Of a stretch of DNA of 64,000 nt, positions 56,654 to 64,000 are shown piece by piece. A model generated the notes under the pieces. It was given only the letters and a program-made list of their open reading frames with translations. It was not told the origin of the DNA and searched no databases. The first letter of the stretch is position 1. The number at the start of each line of letters is the position of its first letter. The stretch is taken from NCBI GenBank assembly GCA_965204755.1, contig OZ242011.1, positions 736,001 through 800,000 on the forward strand, read 5' to 3'. The position numbers and the translations under genes were made by a program. Origin of the DNA: Candidatus Marinacidobacterium sp. (GTDB lineage: Bacteria; Acidobacteriota; Vicinamibacteria; Marinacidobacterales; Marinacidobacteraceae).

Positions 56654-57565
56654 ATGCTCGCCGGAACCGGCAAGCCCTTCGACTCGGCGAACCACCTGTT
56701 CGACGCCAAGTGGGACGGGCTCCGCTCCATCGCCTTCTTCGGCCCCGAAACGCGGCTGCAGGCCCGGAGCCTCCGCAACCAGACGCCCGGGTTCCCCGAA
56801 CTCGCGGACGCGCTCGCCCGCCTGCCGGGCGCCGGGGTGCTGGACGGCGAGATCGTGGTGCTCGAGGGCCGCCGCCCCAGTTTCCTGCGGGTCATGGAGC
56901 GGAACCGGCTGACCGACCCCGGCGCGGTCCGGAAGGCCGCGGATCGCCGGCCGGCCCACTTCGTCGCCTTCGACCTCCTCTGGCGCGACGGGGAGCGGCT
57001 CACCGACCGCCCGCTCGAAGAGCGCCGCCGGCGGCTGGACGACCTCCTGCCCGGCGGCGAGGGATCGGTGTTCGCCAACCCGCGGGTGGTCGGCGCCGGG
57101 CGCCGGTTCTACGCGGCCATGCGCGAACGGCGGATGGAGGGGATGGTGGCCAAGCGCCTGGCGAGCCCCTACCGGATCGGCGAACGGAGCGACGACTGGC
57201 TCAAGGTCAAGGTGCGCCGGCGGTCGAGTTGCGTGGTGTTCGGGACGCTCCACCGAGGCGAGGACGGCCCGGTGCGCTCCCTGGTCGTCGGCGCCTACGG
57301 CCCGGAGGGCCCGGTCTGGCTGGGCAATGTCGGAAGCGGACTCGACGACGAAACGCGCGCCGCCCTCCGGGAGCAACTGCGCGGCCTGGAAGTCCCCCGC
57401 CCGGACGGGTTCCCCGCGGAGGGCGACGGCGTCCTCCGCTTCGTCCGCCCGGTGCTCGTCGCGCTGGTGGAGTACCTGGAAGTCACCCCGAACGGCCACC
57501 TCCGCCACCCGACTTTCCTGGGTTTCCAGGACCTCGACCCGCGGGACTGCCGCCCTCCGGAATAG
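56654..57565 (+). CDS. ligD: ATP-dependent DNA ligase, LigD-type ligase and OB domains only
   Basis: KWDG, LDGEIV, FDLL, EGMVAKR, DWLKVK, GNVGSG, LRHPTF; no polymerase or phosphoesterase domain. Confidence 0.88.
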   Translation: MLAGTGKPFDSANHLFDAKWDGLRSIAFFGPETRLQARSLRNQTPGFPELADALARLPGAGVLDGEIVVLEGRRPSFLRVMERNRLTDPGAVRKAADRRPAHFVAFDLLWRDGERLTDRPLEERRRRLDDLLPGGEGSVFANPRVVGAGRRFYAAMRERRMEGMVAKRLASPYRIGERSDDWLKVKVRRRSSCVVFGTLHRGEDGPVRSLVVGAYGPEGPVWLGNVGSGLDDETRAALREQLRGLEVPRPDGFPAEGDGVLRFVRPVLVALVEYLEVTPNGHLRHPTFLGFQDLDPRDCRPPE

Positions 57566-57725
57566 GCGCCGCCGCCGTTCGACGCTTCCCCGACCGACGG
57601 CAGGAGCGCGCCGTTCCCGAGGAGTCGGCGGCTGATACTGTTTCGCCCCCCTTCCGCCGCCGCGAATCGGCGCGGCCGCAGTCGAAGACCGGATTCCCGT
57701 CGGACGAACCATCGAGACCGCGCCC

Positions 57726-59972
57726 ATGTACAAGATCATCACAGGTTACAAGTTGGAACACCTGCTCGGTGACATCGAGAGCGGAAGGCTCGCCCTTCCG
57801 GACATCCAGCGCCCCTTCGTCTGGAAACCGGCGCAGGTGCGCGACCTGTTCGATTCGCTCTATCGCGGGTTCCCGGTGGGAACGCTGATGTTCTGGGAGA
57901 CCGGCGCGGAAGTCGGCGCGAAACAGGTCGGCGGCGGAGCGGCGGATTCCGTTCCCAGACTGCTCATCATCGACGGGCAGCAGCGCCTGACTTCCCTCTA
58001 CTCCGTGATGAAGGGCGTCCCGGTGCTGACGGCCGCTTTCGAGACGAAGCAGATCCGCATCGCGTTCCGTCCCGCGGACGCGAGTTTCGAAGTTACTGAC
58101 GCGGCGATCCGGAGCGATCCGGAGTTCATCTCCGATATCAGCGTGCTCTGGAAGGGCAAGTTCAAGGGAACCGTACAGTCGTATCTCGATGGCTTGGCGG
58201 AAAAGCGTGGCGCCCCCATTGACGACGACGAGGAAGAACGCCTCGAATCCGCGATCGACCAAGTGCGCGATCTGCGCAGGTTCCATTTCCAGGTCATCGC
58301 GATGAGCGACCGCGCCAGCGAGGAAGAGGTCGCCGAGATCTTCACCCGGATCAACTCGCAGGGCATCACCCTCAGTCAGGCCGACTTCGTCCTGACGCTG
58401 CTGTCGGTCCATTGGGAGCAGGGGCGCCGGGCGCTCGAGCGCTTCGCCCGAGACGCGACCAAGGCCTTCGGGGCCATCGCCAATCCCTTCATCGCCCCTT
58501 CCCCTGACCAGATGCTGCGTGTCAGCGTCGGCTTGGCTTTCCGTCGCGGAAGGATGCAGACGATCTACCAGATGCTCCGGGGCAAGGACCTCGAAACCGG
58601 CAAGACTTCGCCGGCGCGGCGCGACGAGCAGTTCCAACGGCTTCGACGAGACCAGAAAGCCGTCCTCGATCCCCACAACTGGGGACTATTCCTCCACTGC
58701 CTGCGCCGCGCCGGGTTCCGCAGCCGCCGCACCGTGACCTCCGACGGCGCGCTGCTGTTCAGTTACCTGCTCTGGCTGGTCGGAAGGGAGGACTTCGGGA
58801 TCGGGCACGAGGAGTTGGAGCCGACGATCGCCCGGTGGTTCTTCATGGCCCACACCACCGGGCGTTACACCTCGTCGCCCGAGACGGTCATCGAGGCCGA
58901 CCTCCGCCGGCTCGCTTCCATCGAAGCAGGGAACCGCAAAGCGTTTCACTCGGAACTGGACCGGATCATCGCAGCGACATTCACGCCCGACTACTGGAAG
59001 ATCACGCTGCCGTCCAAATTCGACGGGACGGCGGCCAAGTCTCCGGCCCTCTCGGCGTACTGGGCGGCGCTCTACCTGCTGGACGCCGAGATCCTGTTCT
59101 CCCACACTTCCGTACGCGATGTGCTCGATCCGGATCTCGCCGGCAACGCCGATCCGAACCCCGAACGGCATCACCTGTTCCCGCTGGGACAACTCGCGGC
59201 CGAGGGATGGACCGAGCAACAGCAGCACGCGATCGCCAACAAGGCGTTCGTGGAGTGGCCCGAGGGCGTCCGATCGAGCGCGGCGCCGTCGGATTACTGG
59301 CAAAAAGCCACGCATCACCTCGAACTTGAACGCGTGCGCCGCCAGACCTATTGGCACGCCCTGCCACCCGGCTGGCAGACCGCGAACTACGGCGAGTTTC
59401 TCGAACAGCGGCGGGACCGCATGGCGAAGGTCGTGCGCGACGCCTTCATCAGGATCAGCCCGAACAGCGATGACGGCGGCGGCTCCACCCTGGACTTGAT
59501 TCGGGGCGGGGAAACGCAGACCGTGGAGTTCAAGTCCACGGCGCGCACGAACTTGGTCACCGGGCAAAAGGACCCCAAGATGCAGCACGCGATCGCCAAG
59601 GCCGTGTGCGGCTTCATGAACAACGAGGGGGGAGTCCTCCTCATCGGCGTGAGTGACGACGGCGGAATCCCCGGAATCGAAGACGAGATGGCCCGACTGA
59701 GCAAGCCGAATCGGGATGGCTTCGGACTCATGGTCGCGGACATCCTCACTTCACGGTTGAGTTTCCCGATCGCCAGGACGGTCGGCATCGGCTTCGAGAA
59801 ATGCCACGGTAGGACGCTCTGCTGCGTCCAGGTCGGCCTCGCGCCGAAGCCGGTGTTTTCGAAGCCCCCGAATGGCGGCCAACCCGTCGAGTTCTGGGTC
59901 CGTCAGGGAGCGGGCACGGTCCAACTCTTCGGCGACAAGGCGTTCGAGTACCAGAAGCAGCGATTCCACTGA
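57726..59972 (+). CDS. DUF262 (GmrSD-N) / HNH-like / AlbA_2-Schlafen fusion; putative defence protein
   Basis: LPDIQRPFVW, DSLYRGFPVG, IDGQQRLT, FTRINSQG (DUF262); HHLFP...IAN (GmrSD-C-like); ETQTVEFKS, FMNNEGGVLLIGVSDDG (AlbA_2). Confidence 0.88.
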   Translation: MYKIITGYKLEHLLGDIESGRLALPDIQRPFVWKPAQVRDLFDSLYRGFPVGTLMFWETGAEVGAKQVGGGAADSVPRLLIIDGQQRLTSLYSVMKGVPVLTAAFETKQIRIAFRPADASFEVTDAAIRSDPEFISDISVLWKGKFKGTVQSYLDGLAEKRGAPIDDDEEERLESAIDQVRDLRRFHFQVIAMSDRASEEEVAEIFTRINSQGITLSQADFVLTLLSVHWEQGRRALERFARDATKAFGAIANPFIAPSPDQMLRVSVGLAFRRGRMQTIYQMLRGKDLETGKTSPARRDEQFQRLRRDQKAVLDPHNWGLFLHCLRRAGFRSRRTVTSDGALLFSYLLWLVGREDFGIGHEELEPTIARWFFMAHTTGRYTSSPETVIEADLRRLASIEAGNRKAFHSELDRIIAATFTPDYWKITLPSKFDGTAAKSPALSAYWAALYLLDAEILFSHTSVRDVLDPDLAGNADPNPERHHLFPLGQLAAEGWTEQQQHAIANKAFVEWPEGVRSSAAPSDYWQKATHHLELERVRRQTYWHALPPGWQTANYGEFLEQRRDRMAKVVRDAFIRISPNSDDGGGSTLDLIRGGETQTVEFKSTARTNLVTGQKDPKMQHAIAKAVCGFMNNEGGVLLIGVSDDGGIPGIEDEMARLSKPNRDGFGLMVADILTSRLSFPIARTVGIGFEKCHGRTLCCVQVGLAPKPVFSKPPNGGQPVEFWVRQGAGTVQLFGDKAFEYQKQRFH

Positions 59973-60020
59973 CGGCGGTTCCTGCGAGAGGACCGGCGGG
60001 CGTCGGGGGCGCTCTTGCCT

Positions 60021-60614
60021 CTACTCCTCCAACAAGTCCAGCACGGAGCGGACGATTCGGGCGGTGATTCCCCAGACTTCGCGGCCGGCGGCGTGGTATC
60101 GCCAGTTCTTGAGCGGGACTTCCGGAGGGCCGGGGATCGCGGGAGGACGCGGCAGGTACTCGACGGTCTCGGCGCCGGGGGCGAGCAACTCGGCGAGCGG
60201 GGCCTCGAAGATCTCGTCCACTTCCGGGCCGGCGGCGAAGCGCGCGCCGGGGGACACCACGCCCAAGAAAGGGACCAGCCGGAAGCCGTGGACGGTGGGC
60301 CACTCGTCGAGTCGGCCGAGCACGCGAACCTGCCCCGGGTCGAGGCCGATCTCCTCCCGCGCCTCGCGCAGGGCGGCGTCCCGCTCCGACCCGTCCCCGG
60401 GATCCACCATGCCGCCGGGGAACGCGATGTGGCCCGGCTGACGGCGGAGGTCGGCGGCGCGGCGGGTGAGGAGGAGGCGCCGGTCGCCCTCGCTGCCGGT
60501 CAGCGGCGCGAGCACCGCGGCCGTTCGCCGGCCGCCGGGCTCCCGCCGCGGCGGGCGTTCCCGCAGCCGGGCTGCCAGGCGCTCCGGGAGCGGCTCGGCG
60601 AGGGACCGGCTCAC
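60021..60614 (-). CDS. nudL: CoA pyrophosphatase, Nudix family
   Basis: AAVL, LLLTRRA, GHIAFPGG, ALREAREEIG, WGITA. Confidence 0.9.
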   Translation of the reverse strand: MSRSLAEPLPERLAARLRERPPRREPGGRRTAAVLAPLTGSEGDRRLLLTRRAADLRRQPGHIAFPGGMVDPGDGSERDAALREAREEIGLDPGQVRVLGRLDEWPTVHGFRLVPFLGVVSPGARFAAGPEVDEIFEAPLAELLAPGAETVEYLPRPPAIPGPPEVPLKNWRYHAAGREVWGITARIVRSVLDLLEE

Positions 60615-60687
60615 CGGCCGCGTGGAGGAATGCCCGCGCAGGGCGAGCGGGAGGCCACCGGCGCGTCAATATACTCGCCGCCGACCG

Positions 60688-61224
60688 ATGACCGCGCCCC
60701 CGATGACCCTCTCGCCGCTCGGCCGTTCGCGCTCCCTCCGCGCCGCTTTCGCCCTCGTCGCCGTCCTCGGCGCGGGCCCGGCCGCCGCGCAGACGCTCGT
60801 CCAAGTCGGTTCTTCGACCGAAACCGCCGGCGTGTCCGAGTGGACGCTGGGCGTCGGTTACGACTTCGACTTCCCGGCGCTCCCGTTCAGCGTCGGCGTG
60901 TTCGGCCAGACCGGCTTCGGCCGAACGGATCGGCTGCCCGCCACCGGCGGCGGCGAGCCGACGACCCGGCGCTCGTTCCCGGCGCGCGCCTTCGGCGTGG
61001 TCAAGATGGGGCTGCTGCCGACGCCCGGCTTCCGGCTCTACCTGGGACTCGGCGGCGGCGTCGCGACGCGGGTCCGGGCGGTGACCGAGCAGGAGGTGAA
61101 TCCCGCCGGACTCGCGCTCGCCGGCTTCTCCGGCGGCCGGCTGACCCTGGAGGTGCAGTACCAGCGCGACTTCGCCGAGACCGCGGTGAACCGCTGGGCG
61201 TACTTGCTCGGGGTCTCGTTCTGA
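60688..61224 (+). CDS. Secreted protein, probable small outer-membrane beta-barrel
   Basis: Signal peptide (AAAQ), alternating beta-strand patterns, C-terminal GVSF. Confidence 0.65.
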   Translation: MTAPPMTLSPLGRSRSLRAAFALVAVLGAGPAAAQTLVQVGSSTETAGVSEWTLGVGYDFDFPALPFSVGVFGQTGFGRTDRLPATGGGEPTTRRSFPARAFGVVKMGLLPTPGFRLYLGLGGGVATRVRAVTEQEVNPAGLALAGFSGGRLTLEVQYQRDFAETAVNRWAYLLGVSF

Positions 61225-62240
61225 TCCGGCCGGCGGCCTGTTCCGCCCCCACCCGGGTGGACCTGGCGGGCGGCACCCTGGACATCTGGCCGATCGCGAT
61301 GCTGGTGCCGCGGGCGGCCACGGTGAACGCGGCGATCTCGCTGCGCGCCCGCGCGGAAGCGCTTCCGGCGAAACGCTTCCGGGTGGTGAACCGGGAGCGG
61401 AACCTCGACGCCGCGGCGGATGAAATCGAGTCCCTCTTCGAGCACCCGTTCACCGCGCTCCCCGCCCGGTTGGTCTCCTTCTTCACGCAGGGCGAACCGG
61501 TGGAACTCCGGTTCCACACCACGGCTCCGCCGGGGTCCGGGCTCGGCGGTTCTTCGGCGCTGGGCATGGCGATCGCCGGAGCGCTGAACGAGGCCTCCGG
61601 CGCCGGTTGGAGCGTGCCCGAGTTGGTCCGGATCGTCGTGGACACCGAGGTCCGGATCCTCCGCACCGCCACCGGTTCCCAGGACCAGTTCGCCGCCGGG
61701 CTCGGCGGCGTCCACATCCACCACTGGGAGACCCCGGCGCCGCGCTCCGAACCGCTGCCGTGGGGAGAGGGCGCCGACGACCCGCTGGCCACGCGATTCG
61801 TCGTGGTCTTCACCGGCGAAGCGCACGCTTCCGGGGACTCCAACCGACGGGTCCTGGAGCGGATCCTCGCCCGCGAGCCGAGCGCCGTCCGGGGGATCGA
61901 GGGGCTCGCGGAGGCGGCCTACGGGATGCGCGCCGCGCTGCTCGCCGGGGACTGGGACGGCGTCGCCACCCAACTCGACCGCGAATGGGCGGCCCGCAAG
62001 TCGTGCGCGGCGTCGGTGACCACCCCCACGCTCGACCGCTTCGAGGAGGCGCTCCGCTCCGCCGGCGCCCGGGCGGTGAAGGCCTGCGGCGCCGGCGCCG
62101 GAGGGACGCTGCTGGCGCTGTGCCGCCCGGCCGACCGGGACGCGGTCGCAGCCGCCGCCCGGGCGGCCGGAGGCGAAGCGCTGCCGGCCCGCACCGACCC
62201 GGTCGGCCTCCGCCCGGAGAGTCCCTCCGCCGCCCCGTGA
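61221..62240 (+). CDS. GHMP-family sugar kinase (HddA/fucokinase-like)
   Basis: APTRVDLAGGTLD, PPGSGLGGSS, GSQDQ, KACGAGAGG; probable CTG start overlapping the upstream stop. Confidence 0.88.
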   Translation: MIRPAACSAPTRVDLAGGTLDIWPIAMLVPRAATVNAAISLRARAEALPAKRFRVVNRERNLDAAADEIESLFEHPFTALPARLVSFFTQGEPVELRFHTTAPPGSGLGGSSALGMAIAGALNEASGAGWSVPELVRIVVDTEVRILRTATGSQDQFAAGLGGVHIHHWETPAPRSEPLPWGEGADDPLATRFVVVFTGEAHASGDSNRRVLERILAREPSAVRGIEGLAEAAYGMRAALLAGDWDGVATQLDREWAARKSCAASVTTPTLDRFEEALRSAGARAVKACGAGAGGTLLALCRPADRDAVAAAARAAGGEALPARTDPVGLRPESPSAAP

Positions 62241-62596
62241 GCCGGGGTGCGGGGCCCGGCGGGGGCGCCGGCCGCGAGCGAATCGTCTGCGGGTTGGCGG
62301 AACTCGAGGAAGCCGGGGCGCTCGCCGCGGACCTCGGCGACACGCGGGTGGCGGTGTTCCACCACCGGGGACGGGTATTCGCGCTGAACGAGACCTGCCC
62401 CCACCGCGGAGGCCCGCTGCACCGGAGCGAAGTCGAGGACGGCGTCGCGCGGTGTCCCTGGCACGGCTGGCAGTTCGACCTGGCGACCGGCGTCTCCCCG
62501 CTCAACCCGCGGTCGCGGGTGGCGGCCTATCCGGCGCGAATCGCCGACGGCGAGGTTCGGGTCACCCTTCCGGACGAGCCGACCGACGGGCCGTAA
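62237..62596 (+). CDS. Rieske [2Fe-2S] ferredoxin
   Basis: CPHRGGPL...CPWHGWQFD. Confidence 0.92.
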   Translation: MSRGAGPGGGAGRERIVCGLAELEEAGALAADLGDTRVAVFHHRGRVFALNETCPHRGGPLHRSEVEDGVARCPWHGWQFDLATGVSPLNPRSRVAAYPARIADGEVRVTLPDEPTDGP

Positions 62597-62678
62597 CCGG
62601 CCGCCGCCGGGAACGCCGCGAGGACGCGACGCCGCGAGGACGCGGCTGCCGCTCCCGGAGTCGAGTCCCGGGGTGTTC

Positions 62679-63521
62679 TCAGGCCGCGGCGGCGAGCAGT
62701 TCCTCGTAGCGGGCGACCGGGAGGTCGGAACCGAAGGTCTTCCCGCCGGCGCGCTGGTGGAAGTCGGACCCTCCGGTGACCATGAGCCCGAGCGAGTCCG
62801 CGAGCGTTTCGTAGTGGGCACGCTCCTCGGCGGACTGCTCCGCGTGGTAGGCCTCCACCGCGCGCACCCCGCTCTCCCGCAGCATGGGAATCAGGTGGGA
62901 CTGGTCGTCCAGGAACTTGGGATGCGCGATGGAAGTGATCCCGCCGGCGGCGTGGAGCATCCGCGCCGCGTCCGGAACGCTGATCTTCCAGCCGTAACGG
63001 ATGTGGCCGGCGCGGCCCTCGGCGAGGTACCGGTCGAAGGCCTCCTTCCGGTCGGCGACGACGCCCTTGGCCACCAGCGCGTCCGCCACATGCGGACGCC
63101 CCAGGGAACGCCCGCGGAACTGCGCGGCCACTTCCTCGAAGAGGAGATCCACCCCGAACTCCCGGAGCGCGGCGCAGGTCTCGGCGATCCGCTCGCGCCG
63201 CCGGTGCGACACCTCGGCGAAGAACTCCACCAGCGCCCGGTCCTCGGGGTCCACGAAGAGACCGAGCAGGTGCACCGAGCCGACGGCGTGGGTGCAACTC
63301 ACTTCCACGCCGGGCACCAATTCGATTCCGCGGGCCGCGGCCGCTTCCCTCGCCGCGGCGACCCCGGTCATCGTGTCGTGGTCGGTGAGCGCCAGCACCC
63401 GGACCCCGTCCCCCGCCGCCTGTTCGACCACTTCCTCCGGCGAGAGCACCCCGTCCGACTCGGTGGAGTGCGAGTGGAGGTCGATGTGCCCGGCGGCGAG
63501 CGGGGACGACGGGCCGGACAT
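62679..63521 (-). CDS. PHP-domain phosphoesterase (TrpH/YciV-like)
   Basis: DLHSHSTESDG, LTDHD, GVEVS, VHLLG, GRPH, AHP, GGSDFH. Confidence 0.92.
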   Translation of the reverse strand: MSGPSSPLAAGHIDLHSHSTESDGVLSPEEVVEQAAGDGVRVLALTDHDTMTGVAAAREAAAARGIELVPGVEVSCTHAVGSVHLLGLFVDPEDRALVEFFAEVSHRRRERIAETCAALREFGVDLLFEEVAAQFRGRSLGRPHVADALVAKGVVADRKEAFDRYLAEGRAGHIRYGWKISVPDAARMLHAAGGITSIAHPKFLDDQSHLIPMLRESGVRAVEAYHAEQSAEERAHYETLADSLGLMVTGGSDFHQRAGGKTFGSDLPVARYEELLAAAA

Positions 63522-63654
63522 CGGGAAGCGCGGGAGTGTAGCGACCGGCAGAGTCCCGCCGCGCCGGCGGCGGACGGCGGCTTCGCTAAAATCCGGCGTT
63601 CGGGCGCCGGCGACGCCGCCGGGTGACCCGCGATCCACCGGAGGAGCCCCCCTC

Positions 63655-63978
63655 ATGCTCAGCCTGACCGCTGTCGCCGCCGAAAAGGTCGGCGAGTTCC
63701 TGACCCGCCACAACCGCCCGGAGGCGCTGCTCCGCGTGCGCGTCGTCGGCGGCGGGTGCTCCGGGTTCCAGTACCAACTCGCCCTCGACGACGAGTCGAA
63801 GGACGGGGACCGGGTCATCGAACAGAACGGGGTCAAGATGCTGGTGGACGAGCGCAGCCTCCCCTACCTCGACGGCACCGAGATCGACTATGTGGAGGAC
63901 ATCATGGGCGCCGGGTTCCGGTTCAACAACCCGAACGCGGTGTCGAACTGCGGCTGCGGGGAGTCTTTCCAGGTCTGA
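63655..63978 (+). CDS. erpA: A-type Fe-S cluster carrier (ErpA/IscA)
   Basis: GGGCSGFQY, IDYV, NPNAVSNCGCGESF; GGAGGAG RBS. Confidence 0.93.
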   Translation: MLSLTAVAAEKVGEFLTRHNRPEALLRVRVVGGGCSGFQYQLALDDESKDGDRVIEQNGVKMLVDERSLPYLDGTEIDYVEDIMGAGFRFNNPNAVSNCGCGESFQV

Positions 63979-64000
63979 GTCCCCCCGGGGCCGAAGCCCG

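Overview
High-GC bacterial chromosomal segment; the TonB/ExbB/ExbD/ExbD/TPR cluster and gene style suggest Acidobacteriota (inference). The left ~21.6 kb is a defence island. It holds a DISARM-class-I-like core on the minus strand: DrmD-like SNF2 helicase (16154-19471), a ~1790-aa N6-adenine methyltransferase (10782-16157) and a large DEAH helicase running off the left edge (1-1247, absent from the ORF track). About 9.5 kb of cargo splits this core: a trypsin-like protease, three paralogous XRE-HTH/ImmA-IrrE metallopeptidase fusions with only one intact PIN partner, a Schlafen/AlbA_2-like protein, an orphan multi-ubiquitin protein and a low-GC membrane protein. Upstream of the operon is an unexplained non-coding repeat complex: ~31-bp-period CGGATCG repeats followed by two arrays (5+6 copies) of GAATTGTGTATAG at 20-21-bp period. 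The remaining ~42 kb is mostly housekeeping (tolC, truA, uppS, cdsA, inverted dxr-rseP, menC-like, HEAT-cyclophilin, HAD, tgt, yajC-secD-secF, tonB x2, exbB, exbD x2, TPR, rel, mrp, TonB-dependent receptor, S9 peptidase, korAB, Ku-ligase, Nudix, GHMP kinase, Rieske, PHP, erpA), plus a DUF262-HNH-Schlafen fusion and a CRISPR-like three-repeat element at the end of secF. Native genes strongly avoid ACGT and AGCT; the foreign-looking segments and the 20-bp array do not. All calls come from reading motifs by eye; no database searches were run.
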